Shown here one piece after another: positions 35,001 through 48,214 of a DNA stretch of 64,000 bases. The notes under the pieces are model-generated. The model did not search any database and was not told the origin of the DNA. It saw only the letters and a program-made list of their open reading frames with translations. The stretch spans positions 11,284,001 through 11,348,000 of the forward strand of contig JBHGNT010000020.1 of the NCBI GenBank assembly GCA_043228905.1, given 5' to 3'. The translations under genes and the position numbers were made by a program. Source of the stretch: Azolla caroliniana. Its lineage: Eukaryota; Plantae; Polypodiophyta. Every line of letters starts with the position of its first letter. Positions within the stretch are counted from its first letter, which is position 1.

Positions 35001-35930
35001 ATAATATATATGTATATATTTAGGTATGCATGCATTTATGATTGTGAACACCATGTTTAACTTTGAACTATAAACAATTCAAGTTAGTATTGATATTTAA
35101 ATACATACTCAATATATAGTTATTTATAGGGAAATTACCATGAATGGCCCCCAAATATAGGGTAATATCATTTATACTTGTAGTAATTTTCTCTTAATAT
35201 CAAAACTACCCTAGCCAAACCATAGAACAATAAGGAATATTTATCTAAATGTAGACCTTAATAAAATGGAAAATTAAAGATGAAGCGTATCATTAAGGTT
35301 TGGAGTTTTCACTATCAATTACAAAAGTAAAAGGTAGATCAAAAGTTTAAATAAAGCAAAGGTTGCATCATGATTATTTACTTTGATCTAATTAGATTGC
35401 AAGATAGTCGCATTAAGTTGCATTGTAATTAATTAGTTTGAGCTAACTAGGTATAAGAAAAGTATCCATTAATCTTTCAATGGCTTGGCTAGTTATATCT
35501 GGGTATGTATGATATTTTCCCTTTTATATATATGTTCACATGTATTTGCATAAACGCATATGTACGAAAATTTGGTGGTGGATAGACTGATGACTTTGGG
35601 TTTCTTTATCAGGTGGTGAGCTATGACTTCAAAGAAAACCGCTTTGCCAATTTGCATAGGGTAGCTCTAGGGTTTCCTTCCTCACGATTTTTCTACAAGG
35701 GCACACCTTCATCTCCATCTTCTGCAGAAGCTGCATCGAAAGGTGAAACCAATGTTCAAATGCTCTTCCAAGAAGACCCATATGGATGTATTGGCCCCTT
35801 GCATTTGAAACGAGTTGCTCGAGACCCATTCATACGCACAATTCCTTATCCACATGGATGCCCAGAGCTAAAAGAAATATTTTCTTATTGTGGATCAAGT
35901 ATATTCCCTGGAATCCTGCCTTGGGATTAA
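32005..35930 (+). CDS. Uncharacterised DUF218-type (Rossmann-like) membrane-anchored protein, S. pombe C57A10.07-like, about 374 aa, 3 exons
   Basis: GT-AG exons 32005-32686, 34533-34657, 35613-35930 in frame; motifs NLVMVAGHSVY, LLFSGGETRKDAGPRSEAQSYW, TEEHARDSFENLLFSICRF, ITVVSYDFKENRF, DPYGC; N-terminal hydrophobic segment. Confidence 0.92.
34766..35105. repeat. Degenerate intronic minisatellite, 4 units (CACCATRTCTAAC...ATTCAAG...ATTC.AATAC)
   Basis: Recurring motif near 34767, 34849, 34939 and 35048. Confidence 0.55.
35129..35521. mobile_element. Possible Mutator-type MITE in intron 2
   Basis: Imperfect TIRs GGGAAATTACCATG / ATGATATTTTCCC; AT-rich near-duplicated flanks. Confidence 0.4.
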
Positions 35931-36989
35931 AAGGGAACTTGTTTTTTATTGAAGGCTTATTCACATTGACACAATTGTGAAGCCCTCTCTATAAGGCTAT
36001 CTATGCCAATATGGAAAAAATTAAAAGTGTCATCCTAACGTCTTGGTTAGTGATCTCAATTGAATAACTTCTGTTGAAATTTGCATGTTCGTTCTGCGAA
36101 GAGAAATTAGTTGGAAGGGATCCTTTCTCAAACAAGAGATAAGAGACATTGATGATACTTGCTGACAACCAAAGTCTTCTAGAAGTTGAGTTGGTGTTAG
36201 ATTCTTTCACGGGAGTTCTTGAGTAGCTGTCCTCATCTTTTAATCTTGTAATCTAGTTCATTTACTATGTCAAAAAGGTTATATTCCTTAATAAAAGTAT
36301 GAACAATCATTTTATGGAATCCTACAAATTTATTAGAAATGGGTATATCATAAATTGGCAAACTTTAATTGTTCTGAATTATTATACAGATGTGTTCATT
36401 ACATATTTGTTTTGGGAATCATTTAAATTCTTTGACCAGTGAGTATATATATTGTATGCGAGTATTAATGTGAACTTTTGCTCTCCATATATGTGATAGA
36501 AACTCAATGTGCAGATGATATATATGGTATGCGAGTATTAATATGCATACGAACCTTAATCTATCCATAGACATTGTTTGTGTGAGTATGGATGATTCGA
36601 AGTTTAGTATGGATGGATGTTTTCTAGAAGTGGGTTTGGTTTCTCTGTGCAGAATTGGTTGGGATTTTGTTCTTTTGTGCAGTATCAGGATTTCGTTTTT
36701 CTATGAGAATCATGGTTTTTTTTTTCGTTGTAGAATCAGGGTTTCTTATTTTGTGCTGAGTTAGGGGTTTATTGTTCTTTGTTCTTTTCTTTCCTTTCAT
36801 CTGAGATCAAAGCTGGACATATCCATCATTAGCAAAGTATACCAAAGATGAGCAAAGCATACAATTATATCAATTGCATGTTAAAACCACCATTACAACA
36901 GTTTAACCCTTTCAATTAAGGTAGAGGAACATCCTCTGAAACCATAAAAAAACCTGAATATGCATTTAGGAAATGCTCTCCATTGTCAA

Positions 36990-37212
36990 TGGAAATCGGC
37001 AACCGTTCAGCTCAAGCCTAAACTGAGCCATTAAATCGTTTTTAAATGGTTTGGCAGTTTGGCTTAGTTCAAGCTTGGGTCTCCTTAATTGCTTTGAGTT
37101 CAGTTTGGCAAGGATCAAGCTAAACCGGACTGTTTAGGGCCAAACCGGATAGCCTTAAACAGTTTGGTCAAACCGAACCTGTTAGGCCGAAACCAAACCG
37201 TTGATGATTCCT
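36990..37212. mobile_element. hAT-like MITE
   Basis: Imperfect TIRs (TGGAAATCGGCAACCGTT / AACCGTTGATGATTCCTA) and internal AAACCG/GGTTT repeats; no clean 8-bp TSD. Confidence 0.5.
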
Positions 37213-37641
37213 ATCTCCACATGCTCCAATTCCTAGATGTGCCACATAATAATACCTTTCAACTTCACAATACATGTTTTAACCCCCATATCTACAATTA
37301 AACACAAAAGCATCATGCACATTCCAAAAATGTCGTAACTCCAAATAACATAAGAATTTGAATATCGTCTCTATTTGGAATATTATTTTTAAATAAGTAG
37401 ATAAGGCAGATTTCTATATTGGGCTCAAACGAACATCACTTTCATTAGATTTGAATTAGCTGAAAATGGAGATACATCACCATTTTCTTTGTGTCCAAAT
37501 TGCTTATGAATGGATTAATTTTGTGCTGTTATGTACAACTAGGTAGATGTTCGTAAGAATTTATATAAATGGTCATAACATTCCTGCACATTAAGTGAGC
37601 CCTGTTACTGTCCTGCACCAAGTGGACTTGATCACCAAATC

Positions 37642-40600
37642 CTAATGCTTTCTTTTAGCCCAAGGACTGATGACTGTCTTCTGACATTGATGTTGGTGCC
37701 TCCACCACACAGACACATGTGTCTCAACCTTAGTTGACATGGAATCCGGGGAATCTGACGTGGATAACTGATCAGAAGAATCAAGTATCTTGAAATCAGC
37801 TTCGTGCTTATCATCATCAACAATAATATTTTTTGGTGTCACTGTTGGAAATGGCTGTTCACCCTTCGGAGTCAGCATTGTTGATCCTAAGCATTGAGCT
37901 TCTGTTGGTTGATGAAGTAAAATATTCTCTGTAGGCACTTCAACACAACGCAAAATGTAACTTGAAACCAGGGATTGGACCTGAAATGAATAAAAAGAGA
38001 TTCATCATAACTCCACTTGATTAAAAATCCAACAAATACAACCTCTTTGCAACTTACACTTATCAAAGAATGAATTGTAAGTTCCTACCATCAAGGTTCC
38101 CAATTTAAACATTAGGAAGGTTTAAACCTGAAAATGATGCTTACCAAAGGATGCAAAGTCGCAGCATTCTCACTAATTACTTCAGTCAGCTTCAGTTGCA
38201 TGGCAAGCAACGCTTTGTTGCACAAAGATTTTGATATGGCCACCAGTTTATTCCTCAAATGAACCCGGTTCTGGTCCAAAGATTCTGAATGTTTACAGAA
38301 GAAGGGCTCTACGTACGTTTCATAGATATAGTCGGTACCCTGAGAACAATGATACTATAACAGTTATTACTATGAAAACATCTATAACTTTTTGAGCTCA
38401 CAATGACCAAATTTGAGATTAGGCTTGCCTAAAAACACCCGAACATAATCTGAAGTTGAAACCCAAGAAAACACCATCATGTACCATAGCGTTATATTTT
38501 TTTATGACTAAACATGTGACATCCAACAAACTATGACTAACAGATGTATTACAGAACTGGCTTGGATCAATTTGCTGTTTTTACTAGCACTTAAAATCAC
38601 TCGACCTCATCTGCATCTCAGATGGAAACGGTGATTTATTGTAATGCACCCTAGGAAATCAGTCTGACAAAATTTGTGAACATTTCTTAAAGAAAATAAC
38701 ATAATACTTTCTTTGTTTAAAGAGAACACTCAGGAATAAGCAAAGTTAAAATAAAGGCACAAAAATGAATCTCTATCCTTATGAGAAATATGATAATCGA
38801 TTCTAAATTATTTTCCTTTTCGCTTCCAAAAGTAGTGAAGAATCCATTACGACATGTAAACTCTTTTATCACGGCCAAACATTTGTCTCATCCACATCTC
38901 AGTGTAATACCTATATACTATGTTTGTGATTGATCATACCTTTGTATCTGGGAGCCATAGATAAACTATGAGGGCCAGTTTACTTCCACTATAGAATGGT
39001 ACCCTGCATAGGCAATATACAGAGATTAATGGATGTTCATAACCAGCTCCCATTAGATTCCGACGGATAAATTTACCATGATATAAATGTGTCTGCTACT
39101 CTCTCGACTCCAGTAAAAATGGCCATGATCATCCTACAAGTAAAAACGGGCATTGTCATATATTTAGAGAGAGCAAGAGGGAGAGACTTGAAAACAGAAT
39201 CAAATACAAAAAACAAATCAAAATAGCAGGCTTCTCGGAGATATACTAAAAAAGCAACAGAGATAAAACAAAGTCACATCTAATCATCCAAACTTAGGTC
39301 TCACTTAACATGCATAGATGATCTAACAAAACAAAGATGCACTGAAACAAAGTAGGTGCTTATACTGCATGAATTTTGAGATTCGAGGATAAATGATAAA
39401 TGAGGAAGAAACATCTTTTCCGTAATATAGACAGTACAACTCTTCTCCTTTACATGGTACGAATCAAGAGAAACATTTCATACCAATATCGACACCATGT
39501 CCGCATCTGCTCGAATTTTGGCTTGCTAGAGTTAAGCGCTGAGAAGCACATGTAAGCTGGATACAGGTATCCAAAATATATACTGAGAAAAAAACACAAA
39601 TAATCAACATACGTAATGGTTTCTCAAGGAGAGCAAGTTCTAGCCAAAGAACAAATATCTAAATTCATAGTTTCCTAACATTTCTTCTCAAAGACAATAG
39701 ATTATATAAAAGGAAATGTAACTTGCATAGAATTCTCAATAACAAGTAAATTAGAGTAAAGGGCAAGGAAAGTTAGCACAGCTCATACAAAATCATGAGA
39801 ACAAGACTTCCATCATCTCAAAAATCAAAATTCTATATTTCTTGACAAATTGGGAACTTTATTCTCATGTCTCACATATTCATATGAAGAAGAAATGCTG
39901 GAGTGAGAACGTCTTGCACCAAATGGAAAACACATTTCCATATCGTTTCTTGAAAAACGGAAAACACAGATTTAACTAAGGGAAACTTTGTTCTGAAAGG
40001 GAATTCTGAGAAAGAAGTCCATTAGACACACTAAAACTTATAAGAATGAGAGAGGGGTTTTCATGGTTTGAAGATTTATCATTTCTTCATAGAATGAAGG
40101 AAAATTGTGATGTCATGAAGATGTCTGATGAAAAGGAGATGAGTAAGAAGCAGTTCTATCATCTCACAGTAAAAAGAAACTGTGATTAAACAATATCTCG
40201 CATGATATTAAGAAATTACCGAAAGACGGAAGGATTAAGAGGGGAGAGAGAGAAAGAGAGAATCGTATCAGTTCCAATTCACATTTCTTGAAAAAATTGT
40301 ATAGATAAACTGATTTAAGTGAAGTTGTACTCGATATAGAATTCTGATAAAGAAGTCCATCAGATTCGCTAAAAATTTATGTGAAAGAGCGAGAGAGAGG
40401 AATTTTCATCCATCCAAAAATTCACTAGTAAAACGAAGGCAAAAGACACTGATTAAACAGGTCCTTTCATGAGATTCGACAATTAAGGAAAGAAGCTACG
40501 AGTAGGAGGGGAGGTGAGACAAAGTGACTAGCATCATATCAAATTCAGACTTCTTCGTAATTTATTCCAAAAATGAATAGAAATATTCAAGAAAGTTGTG

Positions 40601-41002
40601 CTCTGACGTGGATCTCTAGGCAAGAATCCCGATTGATTCGCTAAAAACGATGAGAGAGAGAGAGAGAGAGAAAGAGAAATTTGCATCGTATCAATATTCA
40701 TAGTTTACTTATTGTTTCATCAACACACGAAAGAAAACTGTGATCTGACATGCAAATTTCTCATATAAATTTGATATTGCACACGAAAGAGAGGTTGTGA
40801 TAGAACAAGATCTTTAGGAGTTTAATGAATCAAGGAAAGACATTGTGATCTCTCATGAAAACTCATGAGATGTCATTGAAGCGAAGACTGTGTGAAGTTA
40901 CGTAGAAATTTTGAAAGGAGAAGTTCATCAGGTGAAACTCATGTGATGTCAATGACACAAACGACTCTGAACTTACATGAACATTCTGAACAAGAAGTCC
41001 AT
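37642..41002 (-). CDS. HVA22-like protein (TB2/DP1/REEP family, HVA22g-j type), about 259 aa, 6 coding exons
   Basis: GT-AG exons 41002-40977, 39582-39484, 39133-39077, 39003-38940, 38339-38145, 37980-37642: MDFLFRMFIIYFGYLYPAYMCF...EQMRTWCRYWMIMAIFTGVERVADTFISWVPFYSGSKLALIVYLWLPDTKGTDYIYETYVEPFF... First and last exons are less certain than the core. Confidence 0.88.
39780..40930 (-). repeat. Degenerate ~270-340-bp tandem repeat in HVA22 intron 1 containing decayed copies of coding exon 1
   Basis: Recurring AGAAGTCCATCAG / ATTCGCTAAAA / GA-tract / CTGTGATTAAACA blocks near 40010, 40350 and 40620. Confidence 0.7.
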
Positions 41003-41137
41003 CAGCTGAAACCGCAGGCAGTATCTTTCTCCTTCGTAGGAAAGGAACGGATGAAAGGAAAGACAATTGGAAGAAGCAGTAGAGAAATCCTGCAGAGAGA
41101 AACTATGGACATATCATTCATGGTGATGATCGAGCTT

Positions 41138-41395
41138 CGATGATGATGATGATGATGATGATGATGAAGGCGAAGATGGTATGATTGAGCGTCGATGATG
41201 ATGATGATGATGATGATGATTGAGCGTCGATGATGATGAAGGAGATGATGATGAAGAAGAAGAAGAAGAAGAAGAAGAAGGCGTATGACAATGGCGATGG
41301 TGATGGTGATGGTGATGAAGAAGGAAAAGAAGACAAGAAGACAGTCAGGCGCACAAACCCTAATTTCCCTGCTGCGTTGCTCGCTGTTTTCTTCG

Positions 41396-41441
<46 letters not shown>

Positions 41442-41442
41442 G
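41138..41442. repeat. Microsatellite cluster (GAT)n, (GAA)n, (GT)n(GA)n in the HVA22 5' UTR/promoter region
   Basis: Seen directly. Confidence 0.95.
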
Positions 41443-44400
41443 TCTTTGTTTTCTTTGCTTTGCGTTGGGGGGGTGTTTCAGCTGTTTCGAATACAGAAGA
41501 AATGAAATGAACTGGAATTTCCCTCTATAACTTCTCTTCTCTTAATAAATATGTATCTAATTGTTTTAAAATTACGAAGCTTAATCGTCTCTTCCAAAAA
41601 AACAAAAACAAAAAAAGCAAAACGCAAAGCAAACGCCCCAAATCACACACCGAAAGATTAGTATCAAGTCTTAACGTAACGCGCTTAGCACTAATCTCGT
41701 GAAAAAGCTTGAGCGGTAGCACTAATCTCATGAAAGAAAGTTAAGAGGAGAGACGAGTAGAAAAGTTGTTGCCTAGAAGTTAAGAGGAAGAGGACCTGAA
41801 AAAGGCACAAAAATTGACCGACGCAGATGTTTACTTCCTTAGTTGTGGTCTGGAATGTGGAAGAGGAGAGATAGCGGGGACCGTGATGGCCAAGCAAGGG
41901 AGACCAATTAAGACCTCGATGATGTTGAAGAGTAATCATATAATCATTGATGGATCCTTAGTGACAAAACAAGACATTAATGAATCATGAAAGATTCTCG
42001 AAATCGTGGAATCAAGTAAGTTTGAGGAGAGTTGAGAAGTCGAGGCCTCTAAGTTACATAGAAGAATTTGTAAGTAGACAAACATTCCAAAGATCAACTC
42101 AACAATCACATTTTTTTGAACAATTTCATTGTAGCCGAGGATTGAGTGATGCTGACTGAAGCCAAAAAATCTCCTTGCTACAAATATGGAGCTATGCTAT
42201 GAAGAATGACATGGATTTGATTAGGAATTTATGAATTGTTAAGTGGATTTATTGGCTAAAAGTACACATCAAACAACTTGGTTCTAAAATACAAAGTTTA
42301 TTTATCCCATTTATTTTGATATATCCCATTTATTTATTACATGTTGTTGAGATATCAAGCTCAATTAGGTTTATTTATTTTGTTAGTTATGTAACTTAGT
42401 AGTTAAATAAGTAGAATCTAGTTAGCGTGTTGACTTTAAACCCTTAGATAAGATTTTGCACTTGTACTTGAGTGGGATACATTCTAGATCCTCCACTCCC
42501 AAGTTCATTTAATATAGGACTTACATCCTTGTACCTATATTCTCCTCATACATGTGCACTCTTGCACATGAGGTGTATAAATACATCATCGTGGGTATTT
42601 TTGTAACTTGATGATGTTTATTAATATAGAGAAAGGTCTTTAAGCTATACTCTTGTTAATCATTCCCATATTGTTCATAAGTGTAACTTCCTCTTTTTTT
42701 CTCTCTCTGTCTCTCACACACACACATATCACATAGTCTTTCATTGTTTAATGACATACGTGATTAACTACTCACATAATTAGATACTAATTAATCCTTA
42801 GTTAAGTACCTATTATTAACATGACACTAAAGGGAGTGGTTTAGCTTATCCACTAAGCCCATCTAACTTATGGTGATTGTGTATTCAAGATGCTGACAAT
42901 GAATTCGATTGTCCGCTGCTGTAGTGCCGCTACGTAGCACATGTACGTGACCGAAGGAAGAAAAGCCAAAAGGGAAGACACTACATCAACATGAACACAC
43001 AAATGGGTAGCTCTCTCCCTAGTGAAAAGCGAGACCGGAGCAATTTTTCATCTTGGGAGTACAAGATGAACCAACACCTAGTCAGCCAAGGAAGGGTATT
43101 GGAGCTACATCAACAACGCACTCGAAAATAAACCCGACATCACAAATGCCAACTACAAAATGTGGGAGCATGGAGCAAGTCAGGTAGTGTATTTTTTGGC
43201 AACATGTGTCCATGATCACATGTTTAGCCACATTCGAAATGCCACAACACTTAAAGAAGTGTGGGAGAACGCGATTCAAGAAAATCTTCGTCGCCAACAC
43301 GATCGTCCACAAGCTTCAACTCCGGTAAGAGTTGAATAACATTCGGCAAAAGGATATGTTTGTATCGGATTACACATGCTAGATCAAGAGTATCCGCAAC
43401 TCACTTAGCTCCATAAACATAAACATTGAAGAGGACGAAATGGTGCAAGTGTGCTTGGCTGCCTCGCACAATGGTTCAATCCGATAAGAACGACAATCTT
43501 GGCAAGAGAAAACCCTCTTTCATTCTTCGACCTTCAATCAATGTTATTGGTTGAAGAGAACCACCTCTAAACCAAGAGCAAAATATCGAAATGACAAATG
43601 TTCTTCTCGAATTCGGATGGTGGTCGAGGACGAGGTCGCGGTAATAGAAAGGGCCAATTTGGCCAAGGTAGAGGTTGATTCAGCCCATCTCACGAAGGTA
43701 ACTCAAACCTTTGGCAAGTAGATAGAATCATTTGAGGAACCTTCGGAAGAAGTGGGAGATTCCATGCCGAAGAAGGACGGCAAAACAGACCCTTCACTTG
43801 CAACCATTGTCACAGTGGGAAGATCGGCCATTGTAAAGAGGAGTACTGAAAGAAGAGAAGCGAGTCGGCTTCCACAAGCTGGAAACTCACCAACTACACC
43901 ACCAACTCTGAATTCGAAGACTATGGTGGAATGTTCGTCATGCGACATAAGGCTAATTCCATGTTAGGATCCGACTCCACCATCACCTCCAAGTTGGAAG
44001 ACGTGTGGTTCGTCGACTTCAATGCCTCAAATCATATGACATCACACGAAGAATGGTTTCATGACTTGAGAAGTTCGGATCGACCCGGCTACGTGGAAAC
44101 AGGAGACAACACCACACACCCCATTTGGCACATTGACAATGTTTTTTCCGACAAAGACGGCAAAAACACCTGCATTAAGAATGTTTTACACGTGCCCACC
44201 ATAATGAAGAATTTGATCTCAATCAGCCAAATCGTGGAGCAAGGCATGCAGGTTCGGTTCAACAATGGCGACTACTTCATAAAAAAAAGGGCAAACTCAT
44301 TGCCAGGGGACGGAGAGAATGCCGAATGTTTATTCTCGATTCAAACGAGGTAAAGTTGGTCATGTATGCCAAAGGTTTCAAGAGAATCGGCCACATCAAT

Positions 44401-45045
44401 CTCCAACGACTTTGAAGGGAGTTGTCGTAAGTGTGAGAAATTAAAGATAGAGAGAAAAGAAAGAGAGAAGAGAGAAAATAGAGAGAGATAGAAAAGAAAA
44501 TTTGTGTATTGTGTATTGTTATTGTGTAGTTACATATATATAGTTTCTTATGGGTTACATGAGAGGTATGAGAGGTTACAAAATGTACACCTCGTCATGT
44601 AAAGTGGTATGAAGGGATACATCTATTTACTAAAAATAAAATCCTAAAATAGGTAAACTAAAATGTTTATATATTATTAATTATTTTAACACCCCCCCTG
44701 AATGTAAAACATTTTAGTTCTTGGAAAAAATTTCAGGTGAGGCATCCTTATTAGTTCCTCTGGGGTCGTTTAAATTATCGCCAACTTTAAGGGAAATATC
44801 AAAAGAGGATAAAGACGACAAAACATGAGTTGGAGTAGATAGTCGTTCTTCATTGTAGTGGGGTAGATGATTGTTGTTCATTTGATGAAGTTTGTCCATT
44901 GGTAAATGTAATTGTTGTTGTTGTCCATCATCTTCACCTATACTTGGTTGATTTGCATGGGAATGGAGGACACTCGATTTAAACGGAATTTGATGATGTT
45001 CATAATGTGTTACTTCACTTTGAATTATTGAATCCTCATCAAGCT

Positions 45046-45476
45046 TTCGCACTCGTTCTCTGTGATAGGGCCTTTATACTCTATTCTATGCAAGATAATC
45101 AAAGGCATTAGTAAGTTTGTATTACTATTTTGATGAGAATGTTTTACTTTGGTTGGGAGATTTGATAAGAGACTCTCCTCATCGAAAGTAACCGATCACC
45201 TAAATAAAAATTTCCTTGTTTTGAGATCAAATAATTTGCAGGCTTTGACTCCGGCCAATTCGCACTCGTTCTCTGTGATAGGGCCTTTATACTCTATTCT
45301 ATGCAAGATAATCAAAGGCATTAGTAAGTTTGTATTACTATTTTGATGAGAATGTTTTACTTTGGTTGGGAGATTTGATAAGAGACTCTCCTCATCGAAA
45401 GTAACCGATCACCTAAATAAAAATTTCCTTGTTTTGAGATCAAATAATTTGCAAGCTTTGACTCCGGCCAATTCGC
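45046..45476. repeat. 213-bp tandem duplication bounded by TTCGC microhomology
   Basis: TTCGC at 45046, 45259 and 45472; the two units differ at one position seen. Confidence 0.95.
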
Positions 45477-45870
45477 CATAGCCAAGAAAAATCCCTTTTC
45501 TAGCATGTGGATCATATTTTCTCCTTTTCTCTTGTGGAATATGACCGTATGTCGTTGCACCAAATACACAAAGGTGCGAAAGATACGGTTCGTGGCCAAA
45601 CCAAATTGCATATATGGAGTATTCAAACCAAAAGCTTTATGAGGTGATCGCTTTAAGCTCCTATTTTGTTTGATCTACTTTCATCTTTTGTTTGTGTTAC
45701 TTCCATCTCACACATGAATGCTTGTATAAAATTGTTGTCTTCATCTTCAGATTGTTTAGTATTAGATTGTAATGAAGCATTGTTTGTTTGTGGAAAGAAA
45801 CTTCTGCCTTTTCCCTTTTGGTCGTGTTGTTTCTTTCGACACTCACGTTCAATATGCCCCGGTTTGTTGT

Positions 45871-46304
45871 TGTTGAGATATCAAGCTCAACTTAGTTTAG
45901 TCAAATTTTAGGGAACCACGTAACTTAGTAGTTACCTAGATAGAATCTAGTTAGTGTGTTGACCTTAAAGCCTTAAATAGGATTTTGTACTTGAGTGGGA
46001 TACATTCTAGATTTTCCACTCACATGTTCATTTAATATAGGTCTTACACCTTGTACCTATCTTCTCCTCACACATGAGATGTATATATACCTCATTGAGG
46101 ATATTGTTGTATTTTGATGCTTATTAATATAGAGAAAGGTCTTTAGCTACACTTTTGTTAATCATCCCCCATTTATATTATTTCTCATAAGTGTATCTTC
46201 CTCGCACACACATACACGCACAAATCACATAATCTCTCGTTGCTTTATCAATACTCACATAATTAGACCCTAATTAACCCTAGTTAATTACCTAATTATT
46301 AACA
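45871..46304 (+). mobile_element. Solo LTR of the copia B/C family, TSD GTTGT
   Basis: TGTTGAGATATCAAGCTC...TTATTAACA flanked by GTTGT on both sides. Confidence 0.93.
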
Positions 46305-46605
46305 GTTGTAGTATCTACAAATAATTGTAGACATGGTGATTGCTCTCGTTCCTTGAGAAGGCCTACTCCGTGGATGAAATGTTTGGAATGTCTTTGGTTT
46401 GTGGAAATTGCCATTGTAATGGTGTCTCATGGATGATGTCATTGCCATGTGACTTATGTCTCTTTCTTTGTAGTTCGTCTTGCTTGATTTTCGCAATCAA
46501 GGTTTGGAGATTGAGATCCTTCTCGTTGCTATGGATGCTCACGAATGTGATCCATGACTCTGGCAAGGAGTCCATTAAAATTTCAAATATCTGACTTTCT
46601 ATCAT

Positions 46606-48167
46606 CAGCTAGTCGGAAGCCTAATCTACCTCATTATTACACGGGCCGACCTCAACTACTCGGTCAGCCTCCTTAGCCAGTTTATGCAGACACCTCAAAA
46701 CATTCATCTGGACTGTGCTAAGTGAGTGTTACGCTATGTGAGTGGGACGATGGATTTCGGCATTCTCTACAAATCAGGCACACTAATTCGAATCGAAGGG
46801 TATACTAATGCCAATTGGGCTGGCTACAAGGCCGACAAACGATCGACATCCAGATTTGTTTTCTCCCTTGATAACGGAGCTATATCATGGAGCAACAAGA
46901 AGCAACTGACAGTTGTACTGTCGAGCGTAGAAGCCGAATACAGGGGCGTGGTTGTCGTCGCATGTGAAGCCGTTTGGCTAAAGTGTATATTGAAGGATCT
47001 AGGCGTTCCTAACAAGGATCCAGTTCTCTTGTATTGTGACAACATGAGCAATATCCACCTGGCCCATAACCTAGTATTCCATGCTTGGACTAAGCACATT
47101 GAGGTGCATTATCACTTCATCCGAGAGGGTGTCCTGTATATTGAAGGATCTGAGCGTTCCTAACAAGGATACAGTTCTCTTGTATTGTGACAACATGAGC
47201 AACATCCACCTGGCCCGTAACCTAGTATTCCATGCTTGGACTAAGCACATTGAGGTGCATTATCACTTCATCCGAGAGGGTGTCCTGTATATTGAAGGAT
47301 CTGAGCGTTCCTAACAAGGATACAGTTCTCTTGTATTGTGACAACATGAGCAACATCCACCTGGCCCATAACCTAGTATTCCATGCTTGGACTAAGCACA
47401 TTGAGGTGCATTATCACTTCATCCGAGAGGGTGTCATGTATATTGAAGGATCTGAGCGTTCCTAACAAGGATACAGTTCTCTTGTATTGTGACAACATGA
47501 GCAACATCCACCTGGCCCGTAACCTAGTATTCCATGCTCGGACTAAGCACATTGAGGTGCATTATCACTTCATCCGAGAGGGTGTCCTGACTGTTGATAT
47601 CGACCTGTAACACATCAACATGAACCTACAAACAACCGATATCTTCACCAAGGCCCTGGGCGTCGACAAGCTTCGGTAGTTCATGGCGAATCTAGGTCTC
47701 TCGACCACCGACCAACCGACCTTAAGGGAGAGTAAGGAACCGACCGACACAACGTCGATCGAAGACCAGACTGAGTGAGCCGGTTATCCGTAACCGAAGC
47801 TGGAGGCGACTCAAAGCCGAATCCGATGACTAGTCTGAACCCCGAACCAACTATTTGGTGACCGAGGTTGTGTTTGAAGGGGCGTGTTGAGAATCAAACT
47901 CAACTTCTCTAGTGTGGGAACACACCTTAGTGTGTGAACACACCACCTCCTAGTATAGTAACTAGTGTGTCATAGAACTATAAGATGCTATGACACATAT
48001 CTAGTGTAATTAATTCTCCATCTCTCTTTAGTAAGTGGTGCTTGTAGAAAGAGAATATAGAGAGAAGGTGACTATATAAACACATCTCCTCTTACTTGTA
48101 AATTGTTGGTTCATTCTTGTACTCTTACTCTCATTAATATAGTTTTTTTTCCTTGTTTTCTGTATAC

Positions 48168-48214
<47 letters not shown>

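Larger units (their letters stand above)
44432..46605 (-). mobile_element. Truncated copia element D (LTR 44432-44691, PPT 44692-44698, integrase tail and gag remnants)
   Basis: TG...CA LTR with adjacent G7 on minus; gag ILMDSLPESWITFV, zinc knuckle CRYYNKPGHIEREC split by a solo LTR; integrase tail RKGIFLGY. Confidence 0.75.

Noticed and set aside
38088-38127. Possible extra HVA22 micro-exon
   Set aside because: Would need a ~17-nt intron after 38145; the gene reads in frame without it.
40863-41530. Poly-K/M/F/S ORFs
   Set aside because: Translations of microsatellites.
46984-47587. CRISPR-like array
   Set aside because: Contiguous repeats without unique spacers, derived from copia RNase H in a eukaryote.
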